The notes: generated by a model not told the origin, from the letters alone. Counted from the stretch's first letter, positions 9,705 through 19,354 are shown. The stretch is DNA of 64,000 nt from a virus (IMGVR_UViG_2724679557_000005:1-64000), one strand, 5' to 3'. Numbers and translations: made by a program.

Positions 9705-10781
9705 ATGAAAAATGCTAAAAAACTACTTAGTTTATCTTTAGCAGTATTGTTATCAACATTTACTTTAGGATGTAAACAAGCTAATGCTATTAACAAAACT
9801 AATATTGAAACTACTAAAACACAAGAAACCTCAGTAGGAAATATGAAAGTCCACTATATTGATGTAGGACAAGGGGATAGCGAACTTATACAGGTTGATG
9901 GAAAGAATATTTTAATTGATGCAGGATGTAATGATAACAAAGCATTGAACTACTTAAAATCTATTGGAATAAGCAAACTAGATTATGTACTTGCCACACA
10001 TCCACATGAAGACCACATTGGAGGAATGACAAGTATAATTAATAATTTTGAAATTGGAGAATTTTATGCTCCTAAAGTTAATCATACGACTAAGACTTTT
10101 GAAAATATGATAAAGGCATTACAAAATAAAGGTTTAAAACTTACAGCACCAACTATAGGTGATACATTAACTATAGGTAATGCTACATTACAATTTTTAG
10201 CTCCTAATAGTGCTACCTATCAAGATATGAATAACTATTCAATAGTGTGTAAATTAAGATTTGGTAATACATCTTACTTATTTACAGGAGATGCAGAAGC
10301 ATTAAGTGAAGGCGAAATATTAGCCAAGCAATTAGATATTAGTGCAGACGTACTTAAGTTAGGTCATCATGGAAGTCATTCTTCAACTTCTCAAGCATTT
10401 TTAGACAAAGTAAATCCAAGATATGCTATTGTTTCTTGTGGTAAAGGAAATGATTATGGTCATCCTCATCAAGAAACAATTGATAAACTAAATGCAAAAA
10501 ATATTAATATATTAAGGACAGATGTAAGTGGAACTATAATATCTAGTTCAGATGGAAATAATATAAATTTTAATGTTAATGCAAGTGGAACTAATACAGG
10601 AAATACAACTAACAATAGCACTTCAGAGACTAAGACAAAAAGCAATAGTGTTTGGGTAGCGAATAAAACTTCAAAGGTTTATCATTCAAGCAAGGATTGC
10701 AGTAATATGAAATCTCCAAGTGAAATGTCTTTAGAAGATGCTAAAGCAAAGAGCTTAAGACCATGTTCTAAATGTAATTAA
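9705..10781 (+). CDS. ComEC/Rec2-like metallo-beta-lactamase-fold lipoprotein
   Basis: Lipobox LGC; DVGQGD, THPHEDHIGG, GHHGS, YGHPH; C-terminal YH...C...C..C. Confidence 0.85.
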   Translation: MKNAKKLLSLSLAVLLSTFTLGCKQANAINKTNIETTKTQETSVGNMKVHYIDVGQGDSELIQVDGKNILIDAGCNDNKALNYLKSIGISKLDYVLATHPHEDHIGGMTSIINNFEIGEFYAPKVNHTTKTFENMIKALQNKGLKLTAPTIGDTLTIGNATLQFLAPNSATYQDMNNYSIVCKLRFGNTSYLFTGDAEALSEGEILAKQLDISADVLKLGHHGSHSSTSQAFLDKVNPRYAIVSCGKGNDYGHPHQETIDKLNAKNINILRTDVSGTIISSSDGNNINFNVNASGTNTGNTTNNSTSETKTKSNSVWVANKTSKVYHSSKDCSNMKSPSEMSLEDAKAKSLRPCSKCN

Positions 10782-10908
10782 AATTTAATTGTAAAGAACT
10801 ACTTTTTTATTTAAGTAGTTCTTTTTTTATTTAAGCAAGTGTTTAATTTTCGTATTATTGGAAATTAATATAAAGTAAATGGCTAATAGAATTAGATGGT
10901 GATAATTA

Positions 10909-11820
10909 ATGAAAGATTTATTTGAAGTAAACTATAAAAATTTAAATACAGAGGAAGGAATGGCAATTATATATATAATATATTCTCCGTATTCAGATAT
11001 TATATATATAGGTAATACAATTAAAAATCTAAAAGAAAGAAAAAATGAACATTTAAGATATCTAAGAAAAAATAATCATCACTGTAAGGCGTTACAGGAA
11101 TTATATAATTATATTGGTGAAGATAATATAAAATTTAGAATAGTAGACAAATGTGAAGAAAGAAATAGAAAATATTTAGAAAGGTATTATCATACTATGA
11201 ATGAACTTGAATATGCAGTATGTAGTCATAAACATAAAGGATGTGAGTTTTTTTGGGACTTTTATGACTATAAGACAGAACCTTATTTTGAACCACTAAG
11301 AAAAAATGAAAAATTTTTAATTAAAATTTATATGGATTATTATAGACAAAAAGATCTGCATAAATATTTTGATCCAAGTGAATTATTAAATGAGGCATTA
11401 AAGAGTGGGATAAAACTCGTAGAAGATGAGACATATAATAAAGAATTTAGAACAATTATAACAAATGTATTACAAGATTTAGATATAGAAGAAGTAAATA
11501 TACATGATACAACAAGTAAATATATTTATATTAAGATGTTATATGACATTTATGAGGATAGAACAGATGAAGCTAAAAAAATGTTTATAGATTATATATA
11601 TAAAGAAAGAAATTTATATAGACAATTACTGAGTTCTGCAATAGCTTATTCAACAGAATTTGAAACAGGAAAAGTAAATACATTAAAATATATGAATCGT
11701 GTTATAAATCATATATTTAACAGTTATAATCCACGTAAACCTAGATATTCTGATTTAGTTTATTATTATTGGATAGAAGAATGTTGTAGATATTTATTTA
11801 AAAGGAAATATTCATGGTAA
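10909..11820 (+). CDS. GIY-YIG nuclease family protein
   Basis: IIYII...IYIG.T....R...H motif. Confidence 0.7.
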   Translation: MKDLFEVNYKNLNTEEGMAIIYIIYSPYSDIIYIGNTIKNLKERKNEHLRYLRKNNHHCKALQELYNYIGEDNIKFRIVDKCEERNRKYLERYYHTMNELEYAVCSHKHKGCEFFWDFYDYKTEPYFEPLRKNEKFLIKIYMDYYRQKDLHKYFDPSELLNEALKSGIKLVEDETYNKEFRTIITNVLQDLDIEEVNIHDTTSKYIYIKMLYDIYEDRTDEAKKMFIDYIYKERNLYRQLLSSAIAYSTEFETGKVNTLKYMNRVINHIFNSYNPRKPRYSDLVYYYWIEECCRYLFKRKYSW

Positions 11821-11868
11821 CATAGATTTTAATGTAATAATATGGTAATATAAATTTAGGGTGATATT

Positions 11869-12069
11869 ATGGGAGTTAAGAACAAATTAAAAGAGATACG
11901 GATGAGAGAATATCTAATGGCTCCAGGAGAATTTGCAAAATTCCTTGGTATGAGTATTAAAACATATAGTGGATGGGAAAATGAATACAGTAGACCAACA
12001 TTAGAAAAAGCATTAGAAGTTGCAAACAAATTAAATAAAAATGTTAATGATATATGGTACTTAGAATAA
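11869..12069 (+). CDS. XRE-family HTH transcriptional regulator
   Basis: NKLKEIR...EFAKFLG....YSGWE....P. Confidence 0.85.
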   Translation: MGVKNKLKEIRMREYLMAPGEFAKFLGMSIKTYSGWENEYSRPTLEKALEVANKLNKNVNDIWYLE

Positions 12070-12189
12070 CTAGGTATCATATTTTTTATATAATTTTCTT
12101 AAAATACAAAAATATTTTTTAAAATTAGGAAATTTTCTTACATGTGGAGCATATAGTATAACATAGTAAGAAATAAGGAGTTAAAAAGT

Positions 12190-13077
12190 ATGTTAATTGG
12201 AGTAGATTTAGGAAATTTTGGAGTAAATACATCTGAAAATGATTTCTTTTATAGTAGAATTTCAGATATTAGTAACTTTTCGGAGGAAAATAAAATTAAT
12301 TATGAGGGAATTGATTTATATATAGGAGATGGAGAGTTTTCTACAGATTGGAATAAGAGCCAAAAAGAGAATACTTTGCCTTTACTTTTTTCAGCACTTG
12401 CTAGAAGTTCAAATGAAAATTTCTTTCAAATTGTTTTAGGATTACCAATACAACAGTTTAAAAATAATAAAGAGGATTTTAAAAAGTATATTGAAGATAA
12501 CAGAGGCAAGACAGTGATATACAAAGGTATCAAAAGGGAAATTATTATATCAGATGTTCTTGTAGCTCCTGAAGGTGCTGCTGCTTATTACAATTTAACC
12601 ATTGAACAAAAGAAAATGATAGGTAATAAACCTTTAATAATTGTTGATATTGGTGGAAGAACCACAGATGTATGCTTATTTGAAGATAAAAAGATAAGAT
12701 TTGTTAAAACAATACCTGTAGGGATGTTAAATGTATATAAGGATATTATAGATAATGTTAATACAACTTATACAGAAGATTATAAGTTAGAAGATGGTGA
12801 ATTGATATTAAGGGAAGGTTTATTTCTTAGAGGAAAACAACAAGATATTACTTTTATTAAACCTATATTACAAAGACATTTTAATAGCATATATAAAGAT
12901 TTACAGTTTAATTTTAACACTTCTAAAGGATATGTATTACTAACTGGTGGTGGAGGTATTACATTTAAACAAGCATTTAAAAATAGATTAGAAAATTTAA
13001 TTATTAGTAATGATCCTGTTTTTGATAATGCAAAAGGTTTTAAAAGATTGGGGGAATCAATATGGCAAGAAAAATAA
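12190..13077 (+). CDS. parM: ParM/StbA family actin-like ATPase
   Basis: GVDLGN, GLP, PEG, IVDIGGRTTD, LLTGGG, NAKG actin-fold motifs. Confidence 0.85.
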   Translation: MLIGVDLGNFGVNTSENDFFYSRISDISNFSEENKINYEGIDLYIGDGEFSTDWNKSQKENTLPLLFSALARSSNENFFQIVLGLPIQQFKNNKEDFKKYIEDNRGKTVIYKGIKREIIISDVLVAPEGAAAYYNLTIEQKKMIGNKPLIIVDIGGRTTDVCLFEDKKIRFVKTIPVGMLNVYKDIIDNVNTTYTEDYKLEDGELILREGLFLRGKQQDITFIKPILQRHFNSIYKDLQFNFNTSKGYVLLTGGGGITFKQAFKNRLENLIISNDPVFDNAKGFKRLGESIWQEK

Positions 13078-13253
13078 GTGTAAGCTTTAAAGAGACTTCA
13101 AAGGACTTGAAATTATATAAATATCTTAATTCTTTAGATGACAAGTCAGCAGATATTAAAGATCTATTGAGAAAGGCTTTAAAGGATGTAAAGCTAGATG
13201 ATGACGAAATAAAAGAAAATGTTGATGAAGATGTTAATATATTAGATTTTTAG
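13062..13253 (+). CDS. ParR-like ribbon-helix-helix adaptor
   Basis: Overlaps parM stop; ISVSFK strand + helices; acidic tail. Confidence 0.6.
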   Translation: MARKISVSFKETSKDLKLYKYLNSLDDKSADIKDLLRKALKDVKLDDDEIKENVDEDVNILDF

Positions 13254-13264
13254 GAGGTATTGTA

Positions 13265-13501
13265 ATGAGTTTATATGATTATTTAGAAAATAAATACAAC
13301 GAATTAAACGAAGAAACAGACATTAATGAAAGTGGATTATTAGATCAATTTATGCAAACATGGTTAGAAGAAAATTTTGCAAATGATTCATTATATGAAG
13401 AATTTTTAGATGGAGAATGTTTGGGATATTATTATAGAAACTTTGAGATAGATCATAAGAACAGAAGAATAGAATTTAGCATAGAAAAGGCTGAATTGTA
13501 A
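13265..13501 (+). CDS. Acidic hypothetical protein
   Basis: AGGAGG RBS; cotranscribed with parM/parR. Confidence 0.6.
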   Translation: MSLYDYLENKYNELNEETDINESGLLDQFMQTWLEENFANDSLYEEFLDGECLGYYYRNFEIDHKNRRIEFSIEKAEL

Positions 13502-13502
13502 G

Positions 13503-13570
13503 AAAAAAGCCTACCTGATGTATAGGTAGACTTAGGTGATTTAACTTATAGCGTAACGAGTTACACTCTA
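13503..13570 (-). ncRNA. Putative small RNA with sporulation-type promoter and intrinsic terminator
   Basis: Minus strand GGAATA-N17-CATATACT, hairpin GTGTAACTCGTTACGC, terminator AAGTCTACCT...AGGTAGGCTTTTTT. Confidence 0.35.
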
Positions 13571-13625
13571 AGTATATGCAAACAATATTTAAAAATATTC
13601 CTATTTTAATGAGAAAATAAAAATT

Positions 13626-13703
13626 TTATAAGAAATGAGCTGCAAATTCCATTACACCGTATGCAATTGTATAACCCAAAACTATTGCGAATTCGACTGT
13701 CAT
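13626..13703 (-). CDS. 25-aa hydrophobic peptide MTVEFAIVLGYTIAYGVMEFAAHFL
   Basis: AAGGACGGTGA RBS; upstream GAATA-N15-CAAATAATA (sigG/F-like) at 13761-13733. Confidence 0.5.
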   Translation of the reverse strand: MTVEFAIVLGYTIAYGVMEFAAHFL

Positions 13704-13771
13704 TATAATCACCGTCCTTAACTTTATACTCATATTATTTGCAATAAAGTAATTTTTATTCAGGAGGAAGT

Positions 13772-14170
13772 ATGAAAACTGTAATGAATCATCAGCAATA
13801 TTTACAATGGAAAAATGGTGATAAAAATACATTAGATATAAAATTAGAAAACTTAGGAGTGAAAGATAGTAAGAAATTTGAGCAACATATGGTAGTAGGA
13901 CTTGCTATAGCATTAATGTTTATTAGTAAATCAGAATTAGCATTTGCGGACGATGGAATAGATCAACTAGGAAATAAACTCTTATATTATGTTAGGAAAG
14001 GTGGAAGATGGATTGCAATTATATGTGCAAGTGTAGAGATTATAAGAAGTGGAATGAAAAAGGGTGGAAGTGCTTCTGAAATAGGACAAGTTGTAATTAA
14101 ATATTCTTTAATGTATGCATGTTTATATATTTTAACATGGATTTTTGATCAAATAGATAGTGCATTTTAA
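13772..14170 (+). CDS. VirB2/TrbC pilin-like membrane protein
   Basis: Signal-like segment ending AFA followed by two hydrophobic helices; AGGAGG RBS. Confidence 0.5.
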   Translation: MKTVMNHQQYLQWKNGDKNTLDIKLENLGVKDSKKFEQHMVVGLAIALMFISKSELAFADDGIDQLGNKLLYYVRKGGRWIAIICASVEIIRSGMKKGGSASEIGQVVIKYSLMYACLYILTWIFDQIDSAF

Positions 14171-14184
14171 GAAAGGAGTTTTTT

Positions 14185-14382
14185 ATGATAAAAGATTTTT
14201 TTGGATGGTTAGGTAAAAGCACCTTAACTCAAATAGCTGAATTTAGTTATTGGCCATGTTTAATAGTAGGTATGGGAGCTATGTTATTGTATATATCAGG
14301 TCAAAAAAAAGCAGGTAAATATGTTCCAACATCTATAATTATCTACTATTTATTACAATGTTTTAAGGCGGCGGTTAAATGA
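14185..14382 (+). CDS. Small two-TM membrane protein
   Basis: Hydrophobic; overlaps the ATPase start. Confidence 0.6.
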   Translation: MIKDFFGWLGKSTLTQIAEFSYWPCLIVGMGAMLLYISGQKKAGKYVPTSIIIYYLLQCFKAAVK

Positions 14383-16703
14383 AATCATTAGCATTAAGTA
14401 AGTATTTTGAGATAATTCATCCAGTATATATTTACTTAAAGATATTGCCACACAAAAGTATGAGAAATTATAATACATCTGAAATAGCTAAGACAATGAG
14501 TGATACTTATAAGGGAATCATAAGAAGAGTTCATAGAGAAGAAAAAAAGATATTTATAGAATCTGATTTTAAAATTAGTTATGTAATTGATATTACTAAA
14601 AAAGATATAAGTTTTTATTTTTTAGTACCTAAAGTTCATAAAGATATAATTAAAGAAAAAATTAATGAAACATGGTCCAAAGCTACAATTGAAGAAATAG
14701 AAGATATACCTCAATATACAGAAAATAAATTAGTATATCAATTAGGGTATAAAAAAGATGATGCTTTAAGTCTTAAAGTAGATAAAAGAAATAATGAACC
14801 ACTTAATCAAATTTTAAATGTAGTAAATATAATGAAAGATGATGATAGAGTAACTATAGCGTATAATTTTATGCCATGCTCTCAATTTGGATGGCGTGAA
14901 AAATATGATTCTATGTTACAAAAATTTAATGACAAAAAACCCTTAGATCGTAAAATAACATTTGAATTTGCACTAAAAATTATAGTAGGTGTTATTGTTG
15001 GTACATTGGATACAATAGTAGCTGTTTTAAATGATTTTATTGGGAACAATGATTATGATGATAATAATTTATATAAAAAGATTATGATTGCTTTTGAAGA
15101 AAAACCAACATTATCTAATAACACATTAAAAAAGAAAGATTCTAACATTATAAGTACACAAATAGCCGTTATTTCAGATTCTATAGATAAAACTAGAATG
15201 AACAATAATATTATATCTGTATGTCAAAGTTTCAATACATTAAGAGAAGACAATGAGCTAGTTTATAAAAAAGTAAAGAAAAAAATAAATAATAGATTTA
15301 ATTTTAAAGATTATTCCTACAAAATAGATACTAATTTATGTAGTGTTGATGAGTGTAAAAATTTCATACAAGTACCAGGGTATGAATTGTTAAAAGAACA
15401 TAAGATAGATAGCATTAATATAGAAGAAACTAAGATACCGGAAGTGTTACAAGAAGGATATATTCAATTAGGTAATGTTAAATATAAAGGTAGCAATACT
15501 ATGGCCTATATTGAAGATAGTTACGATAAAGGAAGTTTACCATTAGTTCTGGTAGGGGCACAAGGAGCAGGAAAGTCTACTTTTGGAGCTAATTATTATA
15601 GATTTGCTAACTTAAGAGAAGAGGGCGGAGTTGTAATTGATTTTATTAAAAATTGCGAACTTAGTGATGAAATTATAAGTTATTTACCTGATGATAAAGT
15701 TGTTATACTAGATTTAATTAATGAAAGTGATATTCAGGGTTTTGCTTTTAATGAATTGAATATTTCTAAAGATATGAATTCTTTTAAAAAGAGTGAATTG
15801 GCAAATTTGCAGAGCCAACAAATAGTGGAATTTGTAGATGCAGTTAATCCAGAACAACCGTTACAATCAAGAATGAGAAGATATTTGAGTTCCGCTGCCA
15901 CTATAGTTTTTAGTACAGGAGAAAATTCTATAAAGGAAGTAATTAGATGTTTAGAAAGTCATAAGGCTAGAATAGAATATTTAAATATGCTAAGTGAAAA
16001 AGATAAGGAATATCTAAGTGAAGAAGTAGAGGATATGGAAGCTCTTAATGAATATTCTAAAGCAACAAAAGACACTCCAGAAATTGAAGTTATAGGAACT
16101 AAAGAAAGTAAAATTGAGGGAATATTAGATAGAATATCTCTATTGAGAAGTGATTTTAAACTTAAATATATGTTTAATAAAGATGGATCTAATAATATTA
16201 ACTTTGTAGATGAACTCGAAAAAGGAAAAGTTATAATATTTAAAATGCCACAAGATAGTTTTAAAAAACATGCTAAAAATGTTATAACAACTTTCTTATT
16301 AAGTAAGATTTGGATTGCTACAGAGGTAAGAGGAGCATTGCATAAAAAGCCTAAAAAAACACATATATTTATTGATGAAGTATTTCAAACTAAAACAGCT
16401 ATGAAAATGTTAGCCAATGATGATATTTTACCTCAAACAAGAAAATTTGGGTGTAAATTTATATTTAGTTGTCAAGGAACGGAACAAATAAATATACTTA
16501 TAGATACGCTTATAGATGCAGGAACTTCATTTATGTTTTTAACAGGTACTAGTGAGAAAGATTTTGAAAAGTTTAAAAATAAATTAGGAGATTTTGAATT
16601 TGATGATTTGAAAAATATGGAGCAATATAGTAGTTTAAATTTAATTTATTATAGTGGTGGATATTCTAGTTTTATATCAAAATTACCAAAACCAATAAAA
16701 TAA
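14379..16703 (+). CDS. VirB4/TrwB/HerA-FtsK superfamily ATPase
   Basis: Walker A GAQGAGKS, Walker B IFIDE, RKFG arginine-finger motif, SCQ; internal hydrophobic segment. Confidence 0.75.
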   Translation: MKSLALSKYFEIIHPVYIYLKILPHKSMRNYNTSEIAKTMSDTYKGIIRRVHREEKKIFIESDFKISYVIDITKKDISFYFLVPKVHKDIIKEKINETWSKATIEEIEDIPQYTENKLVYQLGYKKDDALSLKVDKRNNEPLNQILNVVNIMKDDDRVTIAYNFMPCSQFGWREKYDSMLQKFNDKKPLDRKITFEFALKIIVGVIVGTLDTIVAVLNDFIGNNDYDDNNLYKKIMIAFEEKPTLSNNTLKKKDSNIISTQIAVISDSIDKTRMNNNIISVCQSFNTLREDNELVYKKVKKKINNRFNFKDYSYKIDTNLCSVDECKNFIQVPGYELLKEHKIDSINIEETKIPEVLQEGYIQLGNVKYKGSNTMAYIEDSYDKGSLPLVLVGAQGAGKSTFGANYYRFANLREEGGVVIDFIKNCELSDEIISYLPDDKVVILDLINESDIQGFAFNELNISKDMNSFKKSELANLQSQQIVEFVDAVNPEQPLQSRMRRYLSSAATIVFSTGENSIKEVIRCLESHKARIEYLNMLSEKDKEYLSEEVEDMEALNEYSKATKDTPEIEVIGTKESKIEGILDRISLLRSDFKLKYMFNKDGSNNINFVDELEKGKVIIFKMPQDSFKKHAKNVITTFLLSKIWIATEVRGALHKKPKKTHIFIDEVFQTKTAMKMLANDDILPQTRKFGCKFIFSCQGTEQINILIDTLIDAGTSFMFLTGTSEKDFEKFKNKLGDFEFDDLKNMEQYSSLNLIYYSGGYSSFISKLPKPIK

Positions 16704-16767
16704 TTATCATAAATAAAAAGCACTATTAATAAGTTATGTTAGGAACATTTTTAAGAGGAGAATTTTA

Positions 16768-16938
16768 ATGAGTGAAGAAGATAGATTAAAAGAAATTAGT
16801 GAATCTTTAAAAATAATTGCAGATAGTACTAAGCTAAAACCAAAGAAAACAAGTAATATAATAGCAATTGGATGGCTATTTATAGGTATAATTTCTTTAT
16901 ATGCATTGTATGAAGTATATAAAGTATTTTGTAGATAA
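16768..16938 (+). CDS. 56-aa single-TM protein (not in ORF track)
   Basis: AGAGGAG RBS; MSEEDRLKE...IIAIGWLFIGIISLYALY; followed by terminator 16940-16968. Confidence 0.65.
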   Translation: MSEEDRLKEISESLKIIADSTKLKPKKTSNIIAIGWLFIGIISLYALYEVYKVFCR

Positions 16939-17013
16939 GGACCAGGAGTTATAATCCTGGTCTTTTTTGGTAGCTTCATTTTAATTAAATTTATAAATAA
17001 ATTTCCTTAATCC

Positions 17014-17072
17014 TTCCCTTGTTTTTATCAATTCTTCCCTTGCTTCCCTTGTTTCCCTCACGCTTTCCCTTA
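17014..17072 (+). repeat. Five TTCCCT(TG) direct repeats; putative integrase arm-type sites near attR
   Basis: Copies at 17014, 17035, 17044, 17053, 17065, about 115-170 bp from the junction. Confidence 0.55.
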
Positions 17073-17185
17073 ATAATAAAATAAACATAGATAACATAAA
17101 ATACAAAATCCCCTGCAATCCTTTAAAACACTATAATTAAGATATAATAGGACAAGCCTAGATACATATAAATTTGTACCCTTTC

Positions 17186-17644
17186 CAAGTTATTAGTGGT
17201 ATAGGCTTTTTAGGTGCAGGTACAATAATAGTAGTTGGGAAAAATCAAGTTAAGGGACTTACAACAGCAGCTGGACTTTGGGCATGCGCTTGCATGGGAC
17301 TAGCTATTGGAATAGGGTTTTATGAAGGTGCTATTATAACATGTATATTTTTAATGGGGGTAGTCACTGGACTTCATAAACTTGATGAATATATGCAAAC
17401 ACATTCTAAAACTATTGATATTTATGTTGAACTTGAGGATATTAAAGGGGTTATGAACTTTATGACCTGCGTTAAAAAAGATGGAACTCAAATATTTAAT
17501 GTTGAAATTAAGAATAAAAATAGTGATGTAAAAGTTATTGCACTAGCTATGACATTAAAGCTTAATCAAAGCTGTGATCATATGGAATATATTTTACAAC
17601 TTCATCATATAGAAGGAGTTTGCATGGTTGAAGAACTGATATAG
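17186..17644 (+). pseudogene. 3' part of MgtC/SapB family gene interrupted by prophage 1
   Basis: Matches intact paralogue 18656-19354 only from QVISGIGFLGAG onward; first ~78 codons absent. Confidence 0.85.
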
Positions 17645-17781
17645 ACTTTTTTAAAATTAATGGGAAATTTAATTTTTGAAATTTCCCATTAATAATTTTA
17701 AAAAATTAAATAATGCTTAAAAATAAACATTATTTTTTATATAATTAAATGGAAGTATATTGACTTAGGGGGAAACTATAA

Positions 17782-18510
17782 ATGAAAAAAACATTAAATA
17801 TTGCTCATAGAGGTTTTAGTGGAGTATATCCAGAAAATACAATGCTTGCTTTTGAAAAAGCTATAGAAGTTGGCTGTGATGGAATAGAAACGGATGTCCA
17901 ATTAACTAAGGATGGTTTTCTAGTAATATGCCATGATGAACAACTTGACAGAACTACAACAGGTACAGGATTAATTAAAGATTTTACATTAAAAGAATTA
18001 ATGAATTTTGATGCTGGAATAAAATTTGGTGAAGAATTTAAAGGATTAAAAATTCCAACATTAGAAGAATTCTTAAAGTATGTTAGTGATAAGAATATTA
18101 TTATAAATATAGAAATTAAAAACAGCATAGTTGATTATGAAAATATAGAAGAAATAACTTATGATTTAATCAAAAAATATAAGCTAGAAGAAAGAATCAT
18201 AGTATCTACATTTAATCATTACTCTGTAAGACGATGTATAAGACTAGATAAAACTATAAAAACAGGCGTATTATACTATGATTGTATATTTGAACCTCAT
18301 AATTATGTTAAAATGGTTGGTGGAAATGCCCTTCATCCAGAATATCATAGTGTAAATAAAGAAATTGTTGAAAAAGCACATGATAATAATTTGGAAGTTA
18401 ATGTTTATACAGTTAATGATAAAGACGACATGAAAAGAATGATGGATTTAGGAGTAGATGCTATCATAACCAACTACCCTAATGTATTAAAGGAATTAAT
18501 TATTTTATGA
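17782..18510 (+). CDS. glpQ: Glycerophosphodiester phosphodiesterase
   Basis: AHRG..PENT, IETDV, HD, IITNYP. Confidence 0.9.
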   Translation: MKKTLNIAHRGFSGVYPENTMLAFEKAIEVGCDGIETDVQLTKDGFLVICHDEQLDRTTTGTGLIKDFTLKELMNFDAGIKFGEEFKGLKIPTLEEFLKYVSDKNIIINIEIKNSIVDYENIEEITYDLIKKYKLEERIIVSTFNHYSVRRCIRLDKTIKTGVLYYDCIFEPHNYVKMVGGNALHPEYHSVNKEIVEKAHDNNLEVNVYTVNDKDDMKRMMDLGVDAIITNYPNVLKELIIL

Positions 18511-18655
18511 TTGAAAAGAAGATAATGATGGTATACTATGAATTGAAGGAAAAAGTTTACACATAATATAAAAAGTTAATATTATAATTCTATTAAATAT
18601 ACAAAGGTAGGTGATTAAGAGTCAGCCAATATAAGAATGGGTTGATTAATAGCGT

Positions 18656-19354
18656 ATGAATGATTTAATGTTATACTTAAGAGAAGTTAATATGGCTTCA
18701 ATAATTCTAAGGCTTACTTTAGCAACACTTTGTGCAGGAATTATTGGTGCAGAAAGAGGAAGAAAAAATAGACCTGCAGGATTTAGGACACATATTTTAG
18801 TTTGTATTGGTGCCACACTCATTATGATAACAAGTCAATATATGAGAGATGTTCTTCATAGTACTGGAGATATAACTAGATTGGGTGCACAAGTTATTAG
18901 TGGTATAGGCTTTTTAGGTGCAGGTACAATCATAGTAGTTGGAAAAAATCAAGTTACAGGTCTTACAACAGCAGCTGGTCTTTGGGCATGTGCATGTATG
19001 GGTTTAGCCATTGGAATAGGTTTTTACGAAGGTGCAATTATAGCATGTATATTTATGCTTGCTGTAGTTACAGGACTTCATAAATTAGATTTATATTCAA
19101 GAACTCACTCTAGGATCATGGATGTCTATACAGAACTTAGAGATATTAAAGGGGTTGCTAATTTTATGAAAACTGTACAAGCTGATGGAACTAAGATATC
19201 TAATATTGAAGTAAAAAAAGCCACTACGAATAAAGATGATCGTATAATAGCTTTAACAATGACATTAAAGTTATCTCAAAAATGCAATCATTCAGATTAT
19301 ACTCTTCAACTTCATAATATTGAAGATGTATGCTGTGTAGAAGAGATAATATAA
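18656..19354 (+). CDS. MgtC/SapB family membrane protein
   Basis: IG.ER....AG.RTH, AQVISGIGFLGAG, GLTTAA.LW. Confidence 0.9.
   Translation: MNDLMLYLREVNMASIILRLTLATLCAGIIGAERGRKNRPAGFRTHILVCIGATLIMITSQYMRDVLHSTGDITRLGAQVISGIGFLGAGTIIVVGKNQVTGLTTAAGLWACACMGLAIGIGFYEGAIIACIFMLAVVTGLHKLDLYSRTHSRIMDVYTELRDIKGVANFMKTVQADGTKISNIEVKKATTNKDDRIIALTMTLKLSQKCNHSDYTLQLHNIEDVCCVEEII

Larger units (their letters stand above)
1..17190 (+). mobile_element. Prophage 1, right part (baseplate-tail fibre-lysis-accessory region), integrated in an MgtC-family gene
   Basis: Baseplate, tail fibre, XkdX, holins, endolysin, then morons; ends where a 5'-truncated mgtC paralogue begins (~17186). Confidence 0.9.

Noticed and set aside
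13684-15659. Additional ATTGCGAA 8-mers at 13684 and 15652
   Set aside because: Inside unrelated coding sequence without the TG(A/G)AA spacer; compatible with chance.
16734-16979. Minus-strand 81-aa ORF
   Set aside because: The plus-strand 16768-16938 ORF has the RBS and terminator.
17174-17185. TTG start giving a functional shortened MgtC
   Set aside because: No RBS; N-terminal TM helices missing; treated as an interrupted gene.
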